DNA from: an uncultured Verrucomicrobiae bacterium
Lineage (GTDB): Bacteria; Verrucomicrobiota; Verrucomicrobiia; Chthoniobacterales; JAFAMB01
Assembly (NCBI GenBank): GCA_963762565.1
Contig: CAVXLD010000010.1
Span: 128,001-192,000 of the forward strand
Length of the DNA: 64,000 nt
Direction: 5' to 3'
The notes beneath the pieces are model-generated. The model worked only from the letters and a program-made list of their open reading frames with translations. It had not been told where the DNA came from and did not search any database. Position 1 is the first letter of the stretch. Every line of letters starts with the position of its first letter. Shown here in pieces: positions 41,533 through 51,511 of the stretch. The position numbers and the translations under genes were made by a program.

Positions 41533-42723
41533 ATGACCCGCTTGGTCCTTTGCGCCGTTCTCGTCTTCACCTGGATACGCCCAGCCGCTGCTTGGGTGAA
41601 TGGAGAGCTCTCCATTTGGATGGATTCAGATCGATTGCCCGCAATGCGAGAAGCCGGTCGAAAGTTCGAGCACGATTACGGAATCAAAGTCAATGTGGAT
41701 GCGACTGAAAACATTCCGAATAACTTCCCTTTAGCAGCGCAATCCGACAAAGGACCTGACGTTGTCATCTTTGCGCACGATAAAGTCGGCGAGTGGGCAG
41801 ACGGAGGATTGATCGCACCGATCCCGGTCGCCGCGTCCTACCGGGCGCGGTTCCATGGCGACTGCTGGGACGCCGTCCGGCACCGAGGCGAATATTGGGG
41901 CTACCCGCTCTGTTTTGAAGTCGTAGGACTGATCTACAACAAAAAACTGGTTCCAGGGTCGCCTCCCGCCCAGCTCTCGGACCTAATCGACTTGAACCAA
42001 CGAATCAAAGCCGAGCGCCCCGGTGTAACGACCATCCTTTGGGATTATGCCAGTCCCTACTATTCATGGGGCATCTTCGGCAGCGCCGGAGCCTATGTCT
42101 TTGGCAAAACTGACGCTGGCTACGACACCAAGGATGTTGGGATCGCCACTCCGGGCGCCGTTGACGCACTCAATCAACTTGTCGGCCTAGTCCATGCGGG
42201 TGTCCTGCCAAAGGCAGCATCGATGGCTGGGATACCAAAAGAGATGATGGCGGAAGGGAAGCTCGCGATGATGATTTCTGGCCCCTGGGACTGGCCAGAT
42301 TTGATGAAGAGCGGGATTGATTTCGGCGTCGCGCCGATTCCAGGCGTAGACGGCAAGCCAGGGAAGGCGTTTGTAGGGGTATCCGTTGCCTACATTAATC
42401 GGAGTTCACCTAATCTCGATATTGCCCGGCAGTTCTTGGAGAATTACGCCATCACAGACGAGACACTGAGCACCGCCAACAAGTTGAAGCCGATCGGTAT
42501 TCCCGCTCTGAATTCGCTCTACGAGAGGATGTCGAAGAATGACGAGCTACTTCGTGAGATGGAAGTGTGCGCCGACGACGGCGAAGTAATGCCAAACATT
42601 CCCCAGATGGGCCGATTCTGGGGCGCGTTCGGCTCTGCCCTCCAACTCGCAACCAACGGTCAAATGACCGCGCAAGCGGCCTTGACCGAGGCGCAACAGA
42701 ATATGCTTCCAGCGCGCAAGTGA
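41533..42723 (+). CDS. Maltose/maltodextrin-binding protein (MalE-like)
   Basis: Signal peptide; GPD...AHD..G, LIYNK, GPW.W, FVGV and GEVMPNIPQM..FW. Confidence 0.88.
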   Translation: MTRLVLCAVLVFTWIRPAAAWVNGELSIWMDSDRLPAMREAGRKFEHDYGIKVNVDATENIPNNFPLAAQSDKGPDVVIFAHDKVGEWADGGLIAPIPVAASYRARFHGDCWDAVRHRGEYWGYPLCFEVVGLIYNKKLVPGSPPAQLSDLIDLNQRIKAERPGVTTILWDYASPYYSWGIFGSAGAYVFGKTDAGYDTKDVGIATPGAVDALNQLVGLVHAGVLPKAASMAGIPKEMMAEGKLAMMISGPWDWPDLMKSGIDFGVAPIPGVDGKPGKAFVGVSVAYINRSSPNLDIARQFLENYAITDETLSTANKLKPIGIPALNSLYERMSKNDELLREMEVCADDGEVMPNIPQMGRFWGAFGSALQLATNGQMTAQAALTEAQQNMLPARK

Positions 42724-42838
42724 GTTATAGGTTTTACGTTTTAGGTTCTACGTTTTAGGTCTGAGCCTGTGGGTAGCACTTCGCCAAGCGAGGAACGCAA
42801 AAAAACCTAAAACTTATAACTTAAAACCTATAACTCAC
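42720..42838. repeat. Inverted heptamer bracket (GTTTTAG / CTAAAAC)
   Basis: Outer 17-bp perfect IR GTGAGTTATAGGTTTTA, including the TGA stop of the MalE-like gene. Confidence 0.8.
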
Positions 42839-42842
42839 TGAA

Positions 42843-43862
42843 ATGAAGGCCCTCGTCTACGATGCACCGAGAAAATTCGAATACCGCGACGTCCCGGAAC
42901 CGGAACCGGAGGCGGACGAGATCTTGATGAAGATTCAGGCCTGTGGCCTGTGTGGTACCGATTTGCATATTCACGAAGGCGAGTTCGCACCCAGTTTCCC
43001 CTTAATCCCGGGGCACGAGTTCACGGGCACCGTAGCATCTGCCGGATCGGCCGTGACCGGTTTAGGGATCGGACAGTCAGTGGTGGCAAATAGCAATATG
43101 GCTTGCGGCCATTGCTTCTACTGCGAAAGAGGAGACCGGCTCTTGTGCGACAACTTGGAAGCGTACGGGGTCACTCGAAACGGGGGATTCGCGGAGTACA
43201 TGAAAATAAAAGCTCATCGCGTATTTCCGATTTCGCATCTCTCTCCGCGCGAGGCGGTTATGGTTGAGCCGACTTCATGTGCTCTACACGGCATGGAAGT
43301 ACTGGATTTGCAGCCTGGAAGCGACGTTCTAATCTTCGGCGCCGGACCGACCGGACAAGTGTTGGCCCAATTGATGAAGATGAATGGTGCGGCAACGCTG
43401 ATTGCGGCTGCGCCGGCAGGCCCGAAGCTCGACTTAGTCGGACGCCTGGCTGCAGATCACGTCGTTCCAATGGATCGTAAAGACCCAGAGGTACACCGGC
43501 GGCGGCTCAAAGAACTTGCTCCCAAAGGCTTCGATTATGTGATCGAAGCGACCGGAGCGCCATCGGTTTGCGAGGAAGCGTTGAATTTTGTTCGCCGGCG
43601 CGGCACGATCCTGGTCTACGGCGTTTATCCAGAGAAAGCCTCCGTGAGGTTTGACCCGTTTGATGTATTCCGTCGAGAGATCACGATCAAAGGCTCGTTT
43701 GCGCAGATCGATTCCTTCCAGCGGGCTCTGAACTACTTGGAGAACGGTCGGATTAAGGTGAAAGAGATCGTCACTCAGGAAATCCCTTTAAAGGACTGGG
43801 GAAAAGCGTTGGAGCTAGCGTGGTCGCGCCAAGGCATCAAGACGGCGCTGGTGCCGGGATAG
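42843..43862 (+). CDS. Zinc-dependent alcohol/polyol dehydrogenase (MDR)
   Basis: CGTDLH, GHE, C..C..C structural Zn site and GAGPTG. Confidence 0.92.
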   Translation: MKALVYDAPRKFEYRDVPEPEPEADEILMKIQACGLCGTDLHIHEGEFAPSFPLIPGHEFTGTVASAGSAVTGLGIGQSVVANSNMACGHCFYCERGDRLLCDNLEAYGVTRNGGFAEYMKIKAHRVFPISHLSPREAVMVEPTSCALHGMEVLDLQPGSDVLIFGAGPTGQVLAQLMKMNGAATLIAAAPAGPKLDLVGRLAADHVVPMDRKDPEVHRRRLKELAPKGFDYVIEATGAPSVCEEALNFVRRRGTILVYGVYPEKASVRFDPFDVFRREITIKGSFAQIDSFQRALNYLENGRIKVKEIVTQEIPLKDWGKALELAWSRQGIKTALVPG

Positions 43863-43976
43863 GCCCGCCCTCAATCCAAGAGCGAAGCGCTTCGCTCCTC
43901 AAATCAGCGGTCGGCCTACCAAAATCGACCTTGCGGCTGCGGTAGGTCGTGTTAATCATTTCTCTCCCTTGAACCA

Positions 43977-44060
43977 GCTCGGGTGGTGAAATGGCAGACA
44001 CGTACGTTTGAGGGGCGTATGCCGTAAGGCGTGGGGGTTCAAGTCCCCCCCCGAGCACCA
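43977..44060 (+). tRNA. tRNA-Leu(GAG)
   Basis: GCTCGGG/CCCGAGC acceptor stem, anticodon loop TTGAGGG, long variable arm, GGTTCAAGTCC and encoded CCA. Confidence 0.97.
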
Positions 44061-44106
44061 ATTGTCCAGTTTCCCAAATTTAGCGCGCCAGTTGCTTACC
44101 TATCGC

Positions 44107-45198
44107 ATGTCGACGTCTAATCGCCGCGTTGTTGTCCCACTGGCAGATCGATCTTACGATGTGGTGATCGGCGCCGGGACCCTCGAACAGGCGGGATCGT
44201 TATTACGCGAGGCTGGTCTCAACCATCCAATTGCGGTCGTCAGTGACGAACGCGTGGAAGAACTCTATGGGCAAAAGCTGATTGCTTCGCTAACGGCAGC
44301 CGGTTTCTCAAGCAGCCTTCACATCGTGTCCGGCGGCGAACCAGCCAAGTCGTTCGCGACAGCTGAGGAGGTCAGTGAAAGCCTTGCGCGAGCAGGCGTT
44401 GATCGGTCCGGTTTAATCCTCGCGCTCGGTGGCGGCGTAGTCGGAGATTTGGCGGGTTTTGTGGCATCGATTTTCGGGCGGGGCATCCCTTATGTGCAAG
44501 TCCCGACCACCGTTATGGCTCAGGTCGATAGTTCAGTGGGAGGTAAAACCGCCATCAATCTGACAGCCGGAAAGAACCTGGTCGGGTCGTTCCATCAGCC
44601 AGCGTTGGTAATTATCGATACGGATACCCTAGGCACTCTCGGAGCAAGGGAAAGAAACGAGGGATTGGCCGAAGTCATAAAATATGGGGTCATTGCCGAC
44701 CGAACGCTTCTTGAAGAGATGGAGTCCGTCTCTCAGCAAGGGTTGACGGGAATCATCGAGCGGTGCGTACAAATCAAGGCCGGAATTGTCGGTGAAGACG
44801 AGAGGGAAGAGTCCGGGAAGCGCGCTGTTTTGAATTTTGGACACACCCTTGGTCATGCAATCGAATCGGCTGCCGGGTACGGAAAGCTGTTGCACGGCGA
44901 AGCGATCAGTCTTGGAATGCGGGCTGCGGGCTGGTTGTCCACCAAATACGCCGGCCTGCCAATCCCAGATTACCACCGACTGATTCATCTTTTGAGAAAC
45001 CTTTCTCTGCCGGTGGTCTTGCCGAATGAAATTTCGACAGCCACCGTCTTGGAGAAAGTCTTTGCCGACAAGAAATTCCACCGGGGACAGATTCGGTTCG
45101 TATTGACTGCTGAGTTTGGTTCGGCGTTTGTTTCGGAAAAAATCACGCGTGCGGACCTTGAATCCGCGGTCGAATCCTTGCGAGAATCAATAGTGTGA
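44107..45198 (+). CDS. aroB: 3-dehydroquinate synthase
   Basis: GGGVVGDLAGF, PTT..AQVDSSVGGKT, LNFGHT.GHAIE and HGEA. Confidence 0.97.
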   Translation: MSTSNRRVVVPLADRSYDVVIGAGTLEQAGSLLREAGLNHPIAVVSDERVEELYGQKLIASLTAAGFSSSLHIVSGGEPAKSFATAEEVSESLARAGVDRSGLILALGGGVVGDLAGFVASIFGRGIPYVQVPTTVMAQVDSSVGGKTAINLTAGKNLVGSFHQPALVIIDTDTLGTLGARERNEGLAEVIKYGVIADRTLLEEMESVSQQGLTGIIERCVQIKAGIVGEDEREESGKRAVLNFGHTLGHAIESAAGYGKLLHGEAISLGMRAAGWLSTKYAGLPIPDYHRLIHLLRNLSLPVVLPNEISTATVLEKVFADKKFHRGQIRFVLTAEFGSAFVSEKITRADLESAVESLRESIV

Positions 45199-46283
45199 CC
45201 CGAAACGAAGCTTTGATTGCGCTGAATATGATGGCGCACGTAGGACCGGTACGGGTCCGAAAGCTTCTCGAGGTCTTTGAAGAACCGCAACGTATCCTGC
45301 AGGCTAAAGAAGCGGAACTTAGCCGGGTCGAAGGTTTGCCGCGGAACACAGTCGAGGCAATTTCGAACTGGGAAAACGACGTCGACTTGCAAGGTGAGAT
45401 CGAGAGGATTCGGCAATTCGGCGCGACCGTCATCACCCAAGACGATCCGATTTATTCGCCGTTGCTCCGGCAAATCTATGATCCCCCACTGGTTCTTTAT
45501 GTCTGGGGCGCACTGGAAGAACGGGATCACAACGGGCTCGGCGTTGTCGGCTCCCGACGGACCACCCACTATGGCCTGGAGAGTGCAAAGCGACTATCCT
45601 ATCAGGTTGCATATTCGGGGATCACAGTGGTGAGCGGCCTCGCCCGGGGTATCGATACTGCCGCGCATCAGGGAGCGTTAGCGGCAAAAGGACGAACGAT
45701 TGCCGTCCTCGGAACGGGCCTCAGCCACCTCTATCCGGCCGAAAATCGAGCGCTAGCAGAAAAGATTGCCGAGTCCGGGGCTGTCATCAGCGAATTTCCC
45801 ATGGATACCACTCCCGATCGGCAGACGTTCCCCATGAGGAACCGGATCATCAGCGGCTGGGGTTTCGGACTCTTGGTGGTGGAAGCTGGCGCCAACAGCG
45901 GTGCTTTGATCAGCGCCTCACAGGCGACGGACCAGGGACGGAACCTTTATGCCGTCCCGGGCCCTATCGACCGGCCAACTTCTCTCGGAACAAACCGTTT
46001 GATCCAGCAAGGCGCTAAACTGGTAATCAGCGTGGACGACATCCTCGAGGATCTGCAGAACCTCTTTCCAGATAGACCCGTCCTCGCTGCGAGCAAACCA
46101 CCGGATCTAGAGGGAGATCTCCTCAAAATTTATGAAGCGATCGAAAGCTCCGAGACGTCAATTGACCGGATCATCGATGCTTCCGGGCTAGCCGCAAACG
46201 TCGTGACATCAGGCCTTTTGCACCTTGAAATGCAAAGACTAGTCAAGCAATTGCCTGGAAAATTCTTCGTAAAATTACTTTAG
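45195..46283 (+). CDS. dprA: DNA-processing protein DprA
   Basis: VGSR, VSGLARGID.AAH, FP.RNRIISG and EA...SGAL. Confidence 0.96.
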   Translation: MTRNEALIALNMMAHVGPVRVRKLLEVFEEPQRILQAKEAELSRVEGLPRNTVEAISNWENDVDLQGEIERIRQFGATVITQDDPIYSPLLRQIYDPPLVLYVWGALEERDHNGLGVVGSRRTTHYGLESAKRLSYQVAYSGITVVSGLARGIDTAAHQGALAAKGRTIAVLGTGLSHLYPAENRALAEKIAESGAVISEFPMDTTPDRQTFPMRNRIISGWGFGLLVVEAGANSGALISASQATDQGRNLYAVPGPIDRPTSLGTNRLIQQGAKLVISVDDILEDLQNLFPDRPVLAASKPPDLEGDLLKIYEAIESSETSIDRIIDASGLAANVVTSGLLHLEMQRLVKQLPGKFFVKLL

Positions 46284-46367
46284 CAAAGCATTTGCCTGGT
46301 CCGCCGATGACTACTACTGTCGCCATCCGGATGCGGGATAGCTTGCACGTACCTATTATTTGGCCAG

Positions 46368-48845
46368 ATGGGAAAAACGCTCGTCATCGCTGAAAAACCA
46401 AGTGTCGCTCTCGACCTTACGAGGGCGCTCGGCCGGTTTGAGAAGAAAGGTGATTATTTCGAGAATGACCGATTTGTCGTGTCATCGGCAATCGGCCACC
46501 TGGTCGAGCTCTGTCTTCCGGCAGAATTAGACAAGAAGAAGGGTAAATGGAGTTTTCAGAGTTTGCCGATCATCCCCGACGAATTCCAACTCAAGCCGAT
46601 AGCAAAGACGGAGAGCCGGTACAAACTTCTGCGGCGTCTAATGGAGCGGCCGGATGTTACCGAGATCGTCAACGCGTGCGACGCCGGACGAGAAGGAGAA
46701 CTCATCTTCCGCTACCTGGTAAGGCTAGCAGGCGCTAAAAAGCCCTTCAGCCGCCTTTGGTTGCAATCAATGACAGCGGACGCTATCAGGTCAGCGTTCG
46801 CTCATCTTAGGACAGACCGCGAAATGATTCCGCTTGCGGAAGCGGCTGTTTGCCGATCCGAAAGTGATTGGCTTGTTGGCATCAATGCGACGCGCGCGAT
46901 GACCGCCTTTAACTCAAAGGTTGGCGGCTTCCAACTCACACCGGTTGGACGCGTACAAACTCCCACCCTCGCAATCCTGGTCGAGCGAGAAGAGAGAATT
47001 CGCCGGTTTGAACCCAAGAGTTACTGGGAAGTCGTAGCCGACTTCAACGTTTCGGCGGGTACTTTTCGCGGTCGCTGGTTCGATGAAGGGTTTCAGAAGG
47101 ATGCAGACGAAGGTCGGCGTCCAGAGCGAATTTGGACAGCGGAACAGGCAAACGCGATCCATGACAAGGTGCTCGGCAAATCCGGCACCATAACAGAAGA
47201 GAAGAAGCCAACTACTCAGGCGCCTCCCCTTCTCTACGACCTGACTTCTTTGCAACGGGAGGCTAACGCCCGTTTCAGTTTTTCCGCGCGACGGACTCTG
47301 CAGATCGCGCAACAGCTTTACGAGCGTTACAAGGTGATCACCTATCCAAGGACTGATTCCAGGTATCTGCCGGAAGACTATCTCGGCACCGCCAGCAACA
47401 TTCTGGGCCACCTGGCAGATCCGACTCTGGCTCCAGCAGCCAGGAAAGCATTGGCCAATAACTGGGTCCGGCCAAGTAAACGGATCTTCGACAACGCCAA
47501 GATCACCGACCATAACGCGATCATCCCAACCGGCCAAAACCCGCGAAACCTGGACGAAGCGCAGCAGAAGCTTTTCGATATGATCGCTCGACGCTTCGTG
47601 GCGGTTTTTTATCCGCCGGCCGAGTTCGAGGTGACCACGAGAATAACGCGGGTTGAAGGCGAAGCGTTCAAAACGGAAGGCAAAGTTATCAAGGAACCGG
47701 GGTGGCTGGAGGTATACGGCCGTCACGCAGCTACCGATGAACAGAGCGACGCATTGGTCGCCGTTGTAACGGGAGAATCCGCCCTTGCCGCCCAAGTTGA
47801 GGTCAAAGAGAACCAAACCAAACCTCCGGCTCGCTACACAGAAGCTACCCTGCTTTCGGCCATGGAAAGCGCTGGTAAACTGGTCGACGACGAGGATCTC
47901 CGTGAGGCGATGTCGGCTAAAGGCTTGGGAACACCAGCAACCCGCGCGGCCATCATTGAAGGATTGATTCAAGACAGCTACATCAATCGTGAGAATCGCG
48001 ACTTGATTGCTACGGCTAAAGGAATCTCGCTGATCACTCTTTTACGAGGCATCGGTATCGAGTTGTTATCCTCCCCTGAACTGACCGGCGAGTGGGAACA
48101 TAAGCTGAAGCTGATGGAACACGGCGACCTCGACCGGTCGACGTTCATGAAGCAGATCAAGCACTTGACCAGCGAGATCGTCGATAAAGCCAAACACTTC
48201 GAAAGCGACGTCGTCGAAGGAAATTACGTTACGCTAAACGTCCGGTGTCCAAACTGCGGCGCCTCTTATCTAAAGGAGGATTACCGAACTTATCACTGCG
48301 AAAACTGTGAGTACCGGCTTTTCAAGAATTTGGCCAGCCGAGAACTCAGCCCAGCAGAGGTAACCACTCTGATCAGAGAACGAAAGGTAGGACCGCTAGA
48401 AGGATTTCGAAGTAAGACGGGCCGGCCGTTTGCTGCCTTGGTGATTCTCAATGACGACAACAAGCCGGAATTCGCCTTCGAGAGCGGTCTGTCCTCCAAC
48501 AACATCCAAATAGATCCGGAACAGCACACTGCTTTGGGTCTGTGCCAAGTGTGCAAATCCGGTCAGGTCTACGATGTAGGCCCAGCTTACATCTGCGAGA
48601 ATGTTTCGAAGGGCTCTTGTACGTTCAAGATGAGCAAGACCATTCTCCAAAGAGAGGTCCCGCCTGACCAACTCAAGAAAATGCTCACCGAGGGGAAAAG
48701 CGATTTGCTTCGACGTTTCATCTCTAAGAAGGGAAGGCCGTTCGACGCATCGCTAACCCTAGTGGATGGGAAAATCGGTTGGGAGTTCGCCAAGCGCGAA
48801 GCCCGGCCCCGCCGGAAGAAGCCGGAGTCGATTCCAAATGCGTAA
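46368..48845 (+). CDS. topB: Type IA DNA topoisomerase (Topo III-like)
   Basis: IAEKPS, CDAGREGE, GRVQTPTL, ITYPRTDS, GLGTPATRA and C-terminal Zn-ribbon-like repeats. Confidence 0.9.
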   Translation: MGKTLVIAEKPSVALDLTRALGRFEKKGDYFENDRFVVSSAIGHLVELCLPAELDKKKGKWSFQSLPIIPDEFQLKPIAKTESRYKLLRRLMERPDVTEIVNACDAGREGELIFRYLVRLAGAKKPFSRLWLQSMTADAIRSAFAHLRTDREMIPLAEAAVCRSESDWLVGINATRAMTAFNSKVGGFQLTPVGRVQTPTLAILVEREERIRRFEPKSYWEVVADFNVSAGTFRGRWFDEGFQKDADEGRRPERIWTAEQANAIHDKVLGKSGTITEEKKPTTQAPPLLYDLTSLQREANARFSFSARRTLQIAQQLYERYKVITYPRTDSRYLPEDYLGTASNILGHLADPTLAPAARKALANNWVRPSKRIFDNAKITDHNAIIPTGQNPRNLDEAQQKLFDMIARRFVAVFYPPAEFEVTTRITRVEGEAFKTEGKVIKEPGWLEVYGRHAATDEQSDALVAVVTGESALAAQVEVKENQTKPPARYTEATLLSAMESAGKLVDDEDLREAMSAKGLGTPATRAAIIEGLIQDSYINRENRDLIATAKGISLITLLRGIGIELLSSPELTGEWEHKLKLMEHGDLDRSTFMKQIKHLTSEIVDKAKHFESDVVEGNYVTLNVRCPNCGASYLKEDYRTYHCENCEYRLFKNLASRELSPAEVTTLIRERKVGPLEGFRSKTGRPFAALVILNDDNKPEFAFESGLSSNNIQIDPEQHTALGLCQVCKSGQVYDVGPAYICENVSKGSCTFKMSKTILQREVPPDQLKKMLTEGKSDLLRRFISKKGRPFDASLTLVDGKIGWEFAKREARPRRKKPESIPNA

Positions 48846-48963
48846 CAGCATTTGGAATCGATTCCGGCTACGACCGCGAACATCCCGGCTATAGCCGGGA
48901 CATTCGCTGTAATAGCCAAGATTTAAGGGAAAATGCTCGATCATTTTCCCTTAAATCTTGGCT
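48820..48963. repeat. Cluster of three hairpins at the convergent topB/ppk1 ends
   Basis: 48820-48869, 48876-48907 (core CCCGGCTATAGCCGGG) and 48914-48963. Confidence 0.9.
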
Positions 48964-51152
48964 TAGGCTGGCTGGTCTACGCCCCCGGACACTTCTTTCT
49001 TGCCCGGCTGCTTCACTACGACCGGCTTAACTTCCAGCTCTGGCCGTTTCCGTTTGGTCAAACGTTCCAAAAACAAAGCCTGACAGTCAAGCGGGTGCCC
49101 ATCAGGATGCATCTTCGCATAAGTTAGCTCTGAGTTTTGTTCCCGAGCCTTAACGTTGTCAGCCCAATAAGTATTGATGATCTCATCGAGATGAGTCCGG
49201 TGATCCGGATCCTCGACCGGGAAGCAGCTTTCTACCCGCCGGAAAAAGTTCCGCGGCATCCAGTCTGCACTCGCCAAATAGAGCTCGGGATGTCCCCCGT
49301 TTTCGAATCGGTAGATTCTGCTGTGCTCAAGGAACCGCCCAACAATGCTCCTCAGAGTAATATTATCACTAACCCCGGGGACATGTGCTCTCAAGCAGCA
49401 GATACCGCGCACTAACAGTCGAATCTTAACCCCAGCTTGAGATGCCTGATAGAGCGCCTCGATTACCTCCGTATCAACCAGCGAATTTAATTTAGCGAAG
49501 ATTGCAGCCGGTTTGCCCGCCTTGGCATGCTCTGTTTCCCGCTCAATCATATCGAGCACAAACTCGTGCAGTTTTTTCGGTGCCGCCTTGATCTTGACCA
49601 GTTCCGGAAAGACAGAGACCCCAGTCAACCAATTGAAAAGCTCAGCGCAATCGTTGGTTATAACCGGGTCGCAAGTCAATAGACTTAGATCTGTGTAAAG
49701 GCGGGCAGTGGATGGATGATAATTTCCAGTTCCAAGATGCAGGTAACGCCGGATACCTTCCTCTTCTTTTCTGACCACGAGCGCCATTTTCGCATGGGTC
49801 TTTAGGCCGACGATGCCGTAAACCACATGAACGCCGGCCTCTTGCAGCGTGTGCGCCCACTTGATGTTAGCCGCTTCATCGAACCTCGCTTTCAATTCGA
49901 TCACGACGGTTACCTGTTTCCCACTCTCCCCTGCTTGGGCCAAAGAAGCGATGATGGGCGAATCTCCGCTGGTCCGATACAGCGTCTGCTTTATGGCTAA
50001 AACACTCGGGTCTTCGGCGGCCTGTTCAATAAAATCCAAGACCGTCTGAAAACTGTCATAAGGATGGTGTAGAAGCATCGGCTTACGCCGGACTTGGGTA
50101 AAGATATCGTCTCCATCCGTGCCCGTGACCACTAACGGAACAAAGGGCTTATATTTGAGATCTGGCCGATCGACTCCAGCGACAACCGGCATTAAACGAG
50201 AGAAGTTGATCGGGCCGTCTACGGCGTAAAGGTCATCTCCGTCCAAACCAAACGTTTGCAGAAGCTGATCGGACACATGACCGGGACATTCCTTCTGCAC
50301 TTCCAATCGGACCGCCGCACCTCGATTCCGCTTGCGCAGCTCGATCTCGATCGTCTTCAGCATGTTCTCCGCTTCTTCCTCGTCCAGATAGAGATCGCTG
50401 TTTCTGGTAACCCGGAATTGGTAGGCGCCTTTTACTTTCATGCCATGGAATAGAGATCCCACGTGCGCCTGAATCAGATTGCCAATAAAGATGTATCGAT
50501 AAATTCCTCGTTCTCCCGCTTTGTAGGGTAAGAGTCGCGGTAAAATGCGCGGCACCTGCACCACCGCCAAGCTGGTGCCCAGCTCACCGCCTTCGAGCTC
50601 AACGGCGACATTTAGGCTTTTGTTTAGTAACTGCGGAAACGGATGCACGGGATCCACAGCCAGCGGAGTTAGAACGGGATAAACAGACTTCTCAAAATAA
50701 TCTGTGTAGTACTTCTTTTCGTCATCGCTTAGGTCATCCCAGCTAAGGAAAAAGATGTGTTGCTCCTCCAGTCCCGGCACCAAGACCTCGTTCCAAACCC
50801 GATATTGATCGTCGACCATCCTTCTCACCCTCTTCGAGACGGCGACCAGTTGTTCATTGGGGCCCATGCCATCCGGACCAGCCGCGCTCACTTTGCTGTC
50901 CCTTTGCTGTTTTAGTCCGGCCACCCGAATCTCAAAGAACTCGTCTAGATTCGAACTGACAATACAAAGGAATTTTACGCGCTCGAGTAACGGGTTCGCC
51001 GGGTCTTGCGCCTCTTCCAGCACACGCTGATTGAATTCTAGCCAGCTCAGTTCCCGATTAGTATAGAGGGCGGGATCGTTAAACGTTGGAGCTTTGGACG
51101 CTTCCATAATCTTCTTTTGCGGGAGAGGGCGAGCTTTTCGTTTCTTCTGCAT
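48963..51152 (-). CDS. ppk1: Polyphosphate kinase 1
   Basis: NRELSWLEFN.RVL, HHPYDSF, ARFDE..NI, KTHAK and ADWMPRN. Confidence 0.98.
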   Translation of the reverse strand: MQKKRKARPLPQKKIMEASKAPTFNDPALYTNRELSWLEFNQRVLEEAQDPANPLLERVKFLCIVSSNLDEFFEIRVAGLKQQRDSKVSAAGPDGMGPNEQLVAVSKRVRRMVDDQYRVWNEVLVPGLEEQHIFFLSWDDLSDDEKKYYTDYFEKSVYPVLTPLAVDPVHPFPQLLNKSLNVAVELEGGELGTSLAVVQVPRILPRLLPYKAGERGIYRYIFIGNLIQAHVGSLFHGMKVKGAYQFRVTRNSDLYLDEEEAENMLKTIEIELRKRNRGAAVRLEVQKECPGHVSDQLLQTFGLDGDDLYAVDGPINFSRLMPVVAGVDRPDLKYKPFVPLVVTGTDGDDIFTQVRRKPMLLHHPYDSFQTVLDFIEQAAEDPSVLAIKQTLYRTSGDSPIIASLAQAGESGKQVTVVIELKARFDEAANIKWAHTLQEAGVHVVYGIVGLKTHAKMALVVRKEEEGIRRYLHLGTGNYHPSTARLYTDLSLLTCDPVITNDCAELFNWLTGVSVFPELVKIKAAPKKLHEFVLDMIERETEHAKAGKPAAIFAKLNSLVDTEVIEALYQASQAGVKIRLLVRGICCLRAHVPGVSDNITLRSIVGRFLEHSRIYRFENGGHPELYLASADWMPRNFFRRVESCFPVEDPDHRTHLDEIINTYWADNVKAREQNSELTYAKMHPDGHPLDCQALFLERLTKRKRPELEVKPVVVKQPGKKEVSGGVDQPA

Positions 51153-51287
51153 CCTTTAGTGAGTGGAAAAAGCCGGCGCGACTGTAGTTCTGTGACGAAT
51201 TCGTCATAAATGGGCGGGGGCCGGCGCAATCCCCCTATTTCGGCTCTCGGCTGAGCTGCTTCAAGTCTGGAGTTGGGGGAAAAGGTT

Positions 51288-51487
51288 GGCGCCACCTGTG
51301 GAGCGTGCCTCGCTTGCGAGGCCGTGGTAAGCAAGGGCGGATGGCATGGAAGGCCCACCGCCTCACTGCGCTCTATCGCCAAAAGAGACAGCGTTGCCGA
51401 TAGAGCGCTGACTTAAAAGGAGCGTGCACCACCCTATTCCCTTGTTCACCACAGCCTCGCAAGCGAGGCGCGCTCCACGAGTGGCGA
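51288..51487. repeat. Family B REPIN-like element
   Basis: GTGGAGCGTGCCTCGCTTGCGAGGCCGTGGT plus an inverted copy. The inner GCGCTCTATCG / CGATAGAGCGC hairpin parallels that of 7087-7287. Confidence 0.85.
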
Positions 51488-51511
51488 CCCCTGGTCGCCC
51501 CACCTACACAC

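Noticed and set aside
43977..44060. tRNA-Leu as an island integration site
   Set aside because: I found no duplicated tRNA 3' end and no integrase; aroB follows immediately.
46914..47972. Long antisense ORFs (also 59723-60442, 25773-26492, 44985-45569)
   Set aside because: They are shadows of well-supported genes on the opposite strand.
48820..48963. Ordinary rho-independent terminators
   Set aside because: The stems are 21-22 bp with no U-tract on either strand. A terminator role is possible but cannot be called.
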